A stretch of 53,426 nucleotides of DNA, the filler included, from Circinaria calcarea (Eukaryota), in the NCBI GenBank assembly GCA_051942165.1. It is 3 parts of 3 records of this genome, joined end to end, with 100 filler letters (N's around TTAATTAATTAA, not from the genome) between each part and the next. Parts side by side here need not be neighbours in the genome. Positions count along the whole stretch, not along the records: positions 35,709 to 53,426 come from JAVECS010000258.1; 2 more parts are not named here. The stretch is one strand, 5' to 3'. The translations under genes and the position numbers were made by a program. Under the pieces are notes generated by a model. The model made no database searches, was not told the origin of the DNA, and saw nothing but the letters and a program-made list of their open reading frames with translations. This document shows positions 46,901 to 53,426 of the stretch, one piece after another (the stretch's first letter is position 1; every line of letters begins with the position of its first letter).

Positions 46901-49738
46901 ATGATACAAAGTCCAATCGTGCTGGCAGAGCTGCCTAAGCCCCTGACGGAAAGCAGAAACCGAGTTCTTGCAGCCGACATTTATGCGGTGGGGGAGAATA
47001 GGAAGAGGAAGCGGTCAGAGCTAGCTGTCGCTGTCGACAGTGTAGGCTTAAATCTCTACGATGTGGGCTGGGATATGATCTTGCTTTGAACGTGTCAACT
47101 AATCTTGAATCAGGTCCGAACCTCCAAGTTGATAACTGGCTACTCAGTGTCCCCGCAATCCTCCTTCACTTGCCCGCCTCTCTCAATTCGCAGAAAAGCA
47201 GCCGATCACAGCTCTACCCGACGCCTGACGTATTGTTCGCTACACGATTCCAAACCAAGTATACGATGCTTTGTGGAAACTTCAAGCAGAAACTCGGCGC
47301 ACGAGATCCGGATATCCACCGCAATTTTCGAGATTGAGGCAAGCAGTCCTATAGTACATTTGGACCTTGTGAATGGTACCCAAAGTGGCACGGAGCCGTG
47401 TTCAAATGCACTCCTTGCGGTGCACGAAGATGGAGATATCAGATGCGTCGCGGAAGATTTGTCAAGGCAGTACTGGAAATCTAGTGCCAAAAGTCTACTC
47501 TCTGACGGAGATCGACAAAAGGGAATCTTCGTCCAGTGCGCCGTAGTACTGACCGTGGATCAAGCCCGCAGAACTTTGCTAAAAAGCCGAGAGGATATAG
47601 TCGCAGTACTCGAGGCGGACATTGGTTCTTCCGTACACTCACAAGCTGTCCCAAGCGTCTTATGCATTGTGTTGCGTAGTGCTGACTCCAGGAGTACGCA
47701 CGTTAAGAGCCCGTTGTACGTACGCCTCTTGACAATTAGCGCACGACCGACGTTGCACGACTCGCGGATAGCGGTACGCCAGAGGCCAATCGAGGAATTG
47801 CTGTCTATGACACTCCCTGAGCCCCCAAACCTTAGCAGCAAAGACTCGACTTGCTATCTACACGAGGGCAGTGGGTCTCTCTATCAGTACGGACAAAGAG
47901 GATTAGCCGTTTATGATCTTACTGGTGCAGCACCACGATTACAGCAGAATGTGCAGCTAGATCAGCAAATCTTATCCTGCCTTCGCCTAGGACCCTCAAC
48001 GGTTATCATGACTTCTCATAGTGACATCTCAATCCTTGATACTCGATACTTTTCGCTCCAATCAACGCTGTCCTTAAAGGTACCGATGGAAACATTAAAC
48101 GAGCCAAATCTCAGAAGAAAAACCCGCAAGGTGCCATCAGATACCCGAATCTTATCGTACTCTTCTCCATTAAGCACAATAGTCGGACTTCAGGGGCGAT
48201 CACTTATTATGTTCCAACTTTCCGGATTACAACCCGATGAGCCACGAAAGCGGAAGAGGGTCACGGAAGGGAGCTTGATAGATGCTATCGGACGTGGGAT
48301 TAACTGCGCTAAAGTCAAGGTCAATGAGTCTATTGCAGCTAGAAACTCCACAGCGCAAGTTCTAGGAGATGCTCTTGCCTCAGATGAGAATTTAAAAGAT
48401 TGGCAAGCTAAGGTGGCCGAGCTGGACTGTTATGTTCAGAAAGGGGACGTAGAACAATTCGATGCAGCTATGGCTCTTCTACTCGAAGGAAGTTCCACGG
48501 TAGAGAATAAAAATAGAGGAAATGATTCAGCACAGAAGCATATGTCACGCCGAGAAGGCAAGTTAAAAGCTTGCCGACACAAGATAGCATATGCGCTAAG
48601 CAAGATATTTGTATACGACAAATCACCGAATGCCGTACCGGGTACCGGCCAAAAAATGCAGCCAAGGCTCAGAATTAAATTTCTCCCTGCAAAAACCTTT
48701 GGCCTGCTCCTTAGCAATGGTTACATCTCTCTGCAACAGATCGAATCGGCTTTGAAACAAACGAAAACTATACCACTGACTACTTCACTGGATGCTACAG
48801 CGTTAATTCAAGCGCTTGCGGCATTTGACGAATCTTTGCAAACACTAAACAATGTTTTTGCAGAACGTATTTATCTAGGACCGCAAGATGTAGTGTATAC
48901 CCTACGGGTGGCCATTGCAGTCTTACGGCATTCAGAAAACAAACTCAATTTAAAGACGATTACGAATGACGAGGCTGCAAGTGACCAAGGATTGGAAAAT
49001 GCTATGCAAATCGTGCATTACCGCGAAGAAACCAGTCAGTTATCAAAGGTGTTAGACGATGAGAACACACAAATTACTCATAGTGTCATAAGAGCATGCT
49101 TGACCAGGTTGTACCACTGCCATGAGTCAGACATTCGAAAAGCCTTGAAGCAGGAGCTGCTTCGGAATGATATGATCTTCTTTATTGATTATCTCCGCTT
49201 AGAACTTGCGCAGGGCGGATGGCTATCGCGTCATGTGGAAAGCGTATCAATACCCTTGAAGGAATATCTTCAGCAGGGAAATCAAATCAGCATTGCTGCA
49301 AAACTCCTCAATTGCGCCATTGACAGCCTCGGAACGGGAGGTTGGATCCTTGACTCTTCTACCGAATACAACATGCTAGAAACCGGAGACACCATCTCAT
49401 ACATGAAAGCCGAGGTCTCGGCTGCCCTCGAAGGCATCGAAGAAGCCGCATACCTACAGGGCATGTTGCAGGAAGTTCTACTTTACAGCAAGACGGCACC
49501 ACATGGATTACCGGAGCCCGGTAAAGCATTGCAAAGACCGAGGATAGTTAAGCCGATTACCGTTCCGTTGGAAGACGAGTTATCACATGCTCTGCCCCTA
49601 GGAATGAAAGGACTGTCGCGAGTGTCGATGACAAAGATTGGCGCCGGGGGGGAGATCCAGAGTCGCAGTATCAGGGATGTTGGGAGGTTGAAGAGCCATC
49701 AGGTGGGAAAGTACAGCTTTGAAAGGATCTTGATATGA
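46901..49738 (+). CDS. UTP8: U3 snoRNA-associated protein Utp8-like (beta-propeller), 2 exons
   Basis: IQSPIVLAELPKPL...RKRKRSELAVAVDSVGLNLYD|VRTSKLITGYSVSPQSSFTCPP, C-terminal EVSAALEGIEEAAYL...RDVGRLKSHQVGKYSFERILI*. Confidence 0.8.
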
Positions 49739-49911
49739 GAGTTGTGAATTATATATTCATTAACCACGCATGCTTTATCCTGTGCGATATAACCGTTTTC
49801 TGATACTCGTAGACATGTAAATCACTCGCGTTGAAAGAGATCACGCTTGGTATATCTACAGTCATCAAACAAAAACAAATTTATAATATTGAGGCTCACA
49901 GAGACAGAGAC

Positions 49912-49984
49912 AAGTCAAAGTCAAAGTCAAAGTCAAAGTCAAAGTCAAAGTCAAAGTCAAAGTCAAAGTCAAAGTCAAAGTCAA
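49912..49984 (+). repeat. (AAAGTC)n hexanucleotide microsatellite, about 12 copies, just past the MHR1 stop
   Basis: Perfect tandem run aagtcaaagtc...; explains the KSKSKS ORF. Confidence 0.95.
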
Positions 49985-49997
49985 GCTATTCCAATTG

Positions 49998-50954
49998 TTA
50001 CACCGTAGCCACAGCAGGTCTCCCGTCCGGTTCCTTCTCCTGCACGTCTAGCCTTTTTACTCTCTTCTCCAAGTTCTTGATTCCCCTCTCCGAAGCCTCA
50101 ACTCCCTCGCCATCATTAGTAACCACCTTTCCCTCCTGACTACTCCCGGCTGCCTCATCCCCCACAGTCTCCTCCTCAACAGCTGGATCCTCAATCTCCT
50201 CAGCCTCCGCCTCCATGACCGGAAACGCTGCCGTATACCGGCTCTTCTCCAACCCGTCATGCACCACCGCTCGCGGCCACGCCTCCGCATACTCGGCATC
50301 TAGCATGTTCGCCCACCGGATGGTCACCCCCTCCACCCCCTTCTCCATGCCCTCCTCCAACACCGCACTCTCCTTCTGCCTCCCCAGCCCCCTCTTCGCA
50401 GGCGGTCGCCCATCCTTCCTCACGCGCCTCTCCGCCCTCTGGATCTGTTCTTTCGAGAGCCCTTTTTCCTGCTGCAGCAGCACGGCCGCCATATCCGCCA
50501 CCGAGTTCGCCAGCTGGTTCATCAGCACTTTGCCCTTCGCTTTTTTGGGCATCAGCTGGCCGGCGTGCTTCCCCGTCGTTTGGGTGACGCGGCTGAGGGG
50601 GTAGGCGGTCTCGTGCAGGCGCCGGTATTCCCGTAGCTTCCGGTAGGCGGTCAAGCCGGAGAGGGCAGAGGGGAAGGAGAGCAGGGCGAGGGGCGTCCAG
50701 AGGTCTTTGCGGAGGGATGCGGGGACGGTTTTCTTGCCGAGGTAGGGGAGTTGTTTGAGGGAGGTGTTGTTCTGTGGGATGGAGGGTTAGAAAGGCTTTG
50801 AGGGGAAATTGAGGATTGGGAAGCAAGGGGGCCGTACTTTCATGGCGCGGGTGAGGGAGTAGATGACTTGTTTTGTGCGGATATTGTTGTAGACGAAGAT
50901 ATGGGTGCCATGTTTTATGGCTTGGGAGCCGGCGGGGAGGGGGGTTGAGGTCAT
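49998..50954 (-). CDS. MHR1: Mitochondrial ribosomal protein mL67 / Mhr1, 2 exons
   Basis: HGTHIFVYNNIRTKQVIYSL | LKQLPYLGKKTVPASLRKDLWTP...GLTAYRKLREYRRLHE...LMNQLANSVADMAAVL...VTIRWANMLDAEYAEAWP. Confidence 0.9.
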
Positions 50955-51633
50955 TGGGAACAGAGAGTGCAAGGAGGGTTGATAAATGAGCCAGGGAGAT
51001 GGTTGATTGAAGTGAATGCGCAAGTCCTAGATGTGATTGGACTTTCTAGACTGTCATGTATGAGTAAGCGTCGGCCTTCTACCATATGCGTGGTTGATTT
51101 TCGGACATGGAGAATATTTCTTCCGTATAGCTTACCCCCCGGAGGCATCCAGTAGGCTGGGATAAAGTTTGAGCTCATATCTTATGTGTATATATCTTCA
51201 AAGCCGGCGACGATCTTCGGAGGCATCCTTCAATACATATGCTGACATCGAAGTTCAACGATGGTTGGAAAAACCTCCATTAGGCCTAGTTTAGGGCTTG
51301 AGAAGGGATTTGTGGAAACCCTAACCACCGAGCAACGCGGGATCTTTCTCCATCTACCTTTGAATGTTTACTGATTTTCGAGCTTTGATACTCTACAATT
51401 CTTCGTGTTTAGCGTGAGATGGCGGGAGGTAATGAAGGACTTGTATTAGTATTTAGTTTCCCTGATCCTGCGACAGCCTTCGTCCTGTGTCTCATCCGTG
51501 ATCTGAACTCAGACTTTATTTCCTATCAAAGGCCAAAAGTTTTCGCGCGTCGTTCAACTGTAATGTGCTCTGGAACAAGGCATTTATTAACCTTTGGTTC
51601 TGATATTTTCCGGCGTATTAAACGCGCTCCAAT

Positions 51634-51768
51634 CAGCGCTACCAGTAGTGCCAACAGTGCAGTCCAAAAGGCTTGCAGTCGAGTCTAGTCTAGCTGCCCT
51701 GGACTGTGGACTATTAGTGTAGACTGCAGTCCAATAGTCTAGTCTAGTCCAGACTGCTAGACTACCTG
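51634..51768. mobile_element. 135-bp diverged MITE related to the 21455 element, with perfect 8-bp TSD
   Basis: Starts CAGCGCTACCAGTAGTGCCAACAGTGCAGTCC (compare CAGGGCCGCCAGTAGTCCAAACAGTCCAGTCC) and ends CTAGACTACCTG. Flanked by GCTCCAAT at 51626-51633 and 51769-51776. Confidence 0.78.
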
Positions 51769-51855
51769 GCTCCAATGGTGGCTTCCCATATAGGGTCCGA
51801 GTACGTGGTAAGCTGAAAGAAGAACCATATTTGAAGACAGGCTCCATCTTCAGAA

Positions 51856-52557
51856 ATGGTTGCTCTCCTCAAGTCGTTTCTGTTAGTACTATATGCTTCT
51901 GTGAACCCCATACAAGACCCCATCGCTTCTCTATCAAACTCGCATCCACAAACACGACCCAGCATGGCAATTGCAGACAGCAAAGTCCAACTCCCTCCAG
52001 GGATGCTCGACGCTCACAACAGGACCATAACTAACCCCTCGATCAAGGATCAAGTCATCTTCGAAAAATACGGCGCAGAAACCGGTGGTGAATATACGAA
52101 GCTGAACATCAAGGTCTCTCCGGGCGGTGGCACAGCAATTCATTATCACAACAGCTATGACGAGACCTTCCACGCCATCACCGGCGATCTAGGCGTTGTG
52201 GTTTGCGAGGACACATTTCAATTGAGACCCGGCGAAACCAGAACTGTCCCTGCGGGCACGAAACACCGCTTCTTCAATCCCTATAGCGATCGAGATGTCA
52301 CTTTCACCACCGAAATAAGGCCCGCGCATGAAGGATTCGAAAGATCACTTTATATCTTGTATGGGCTTGCGAGAGATGGCTACTGTGGTGAAAAGGGCCT
52401 GCCGAAAAGTATGATGCATCTATGTCTAGTGGCAGATATGGGTGATATGTCAGCACCGGGGGCGATAGGAAAGATGATTGTCAAAGCGTTTGCAGCATAT
52501 GCTAGGTGGACCGGCGAGGAAGAGAGACTCCTACAACGGTACTGGTTCATGAGTTAA
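51856..52557 (+). CDS. Cupin-2 domain protein, single exon (alternative start ATG 51964)
   Basis: VSPGGGTAIHYHNSYDETFHAITGDL...LRPGETRTVPAGTKHRFFNP two-motif cupin signature; FERSLYILYGLARDG. Confidence 0.85.
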   Translation: MVALLKSFLLVLYASVNPIQDPIASLSNSHPQTRPSMAIADSKVQLPPGMLDAHNRTITNPSIKDQVIFEKYGAETGGEYTKLNIKVSPGGGTAIHYHNSYDETFHAITGDLGVVVCEDTFQLRPGETRTVPAGTKHRFFNPYSDRDVTFTTEIRPAHEGFERSLYILYGLARDGYCGEKGLPKSMMHLCLVADMGDMSAPGAIGKMIVKAFAAYARWTGEEERLLQRYWFMS

Positions 52558-52728
52558 TTAGGAAAACTGGTCTTCATTGCTTGCCTTTCTGTTGTTCTCC
52601 GGAGTCTATATCACTCAGGGTTCTATATCAACATTGTTGGATCGTAAAAGAGTTTGAGAACATGCCCTGTTTGAGATAGATACAAGGGGCAGGAACACGA
52701 ACCTTCAGCAGACGATCCGACCATTTAA

Positions 52729-53426
52729 CTACATTTTTAACTCCTCACTTTGCAATAGATTTTTTTAAGAAGAACGTCCCCGCTTTCAGAACCCCATCTT
52801 TGCGAGAAATCCCATAATCCGGGATATTCCCTACCTTACAGACCCCCAACAACATATCAGTAAAACCCCGTTTTGGCTATGTCATAGGGCCCGAACAGCT
52901 GCAATGACAGTATGACATACCTTCATATATCTCAAACGCGGATAGATCACCTCCGCCGGACTCCCTGTTTCCGTATCAAGTAACTGCTCCAACAATCAGT
53001 TTATCTCCTCTTCCTTGCTTTGTCAATAGGCTAGAAAACTTACCAGCATCGTCCTCCCGTCCCTTCTCGCAACCTCTTCCAGTTTCCGCATCAACATTTT
53101 CGCCACCCCCTTCCTTCTCCAACTCGGCGCTACGAATAGCTTCTCCACAATACCTCTGAACGGCCCCGTTTGCGAGACAGGTTTGGAAAGCATCACCACT
53201 CCTGCTACTACCCCTCGGCTCTCGCAGCCCCCATCATTCATCTCCGCATTGCTGGGAGGGGCTAAGAGCATTATGATAACCCGGTGACCGGCGGAAACTT
53301 CGGAAGCACGCTCGGTCCACCAGGCAAGGATTTGGGAATGGGAGAGGGGAGGGAGGAAAGTGGCGATTGTGAAGGAGTGCTCGATGCAGGTCATGTGGAG
53401 GGAGGTGAGGTGGGGGAGGAGAGCGG
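52729..53426 (-). CDS. GNAT N-acetyltransferase, 5' end outside the window, 3 visible exons
   Basis: ATFLPPL, QTGPFRGIVEKLFVAPSWRRKGVAKMLM acetyl-CoA motif A, LDTETGSPAEVIYPRL, VGNIPDYGIS...KM*. Frame stays open to the window edge. Confidence 0.85.

Noticed and set aside
49831..50139. ORF with KSKSKS repeat
   Set aside because: Translation of the (AAAGTC)n microsatellite, overlapping MHR1 antisense; non-ATG start.
51317..51326. AACCCTAACC as a telomerase RNA template
   Set aside because: Single 10-mer in an intergenic region of about 0.9 kb with no supporting structure; more likely chance or a promoter motif.

Overview
Intron-rich, gene-dense genomic DNA from a filamentous ascomycete (Pezizomycotina). 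It consists of three contigs joined by two artificial 100-bp spacers (N44-TTAATTAATTAA-N44 at 17784-17883 and 35609-35708), so adjacency across the spacers is unproven. Contig 1 (1-17783) is mostly housekeeping: pirin, SLA1, a hypothetical protein, a Dal5-type MFS transporter, PMT4, ATP synthase subunit e and a truncated dynein intermediate chain. Contig 2 (17884-35608) is accessory DNA: a Clr5-domain gene, an orphan two-exon repeat protein, an AT-rich RIP-like relic, a 120-bp hAT-type MITE, and a secondary-metabolite cluster of epoxide hydrolase, FMO-like monooxygenase and a reducing PKS with a degenerate ER, resembling the depudecin DEP4/DEP5 core. Contig 3 (35709-53426) holds DCN1, MVP1, ELG1, UTP8, MHR1/mL67, a second MITE copy, a cupin and a GNAT acetyltransferase. 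The highlights are: (1) a roughly 480-codon stop-free ORF filling a 1.5-kb intron of DCN1, in frame with the cullin-binding PONY exons; (2) the DEP4/DEP5-like cluster with an added epoxide hydrolase; (3) a small MITE family with 8-bp target-site duplications. Gene identities come from recalled motifs and manual splice reconstruction; no database search was run.
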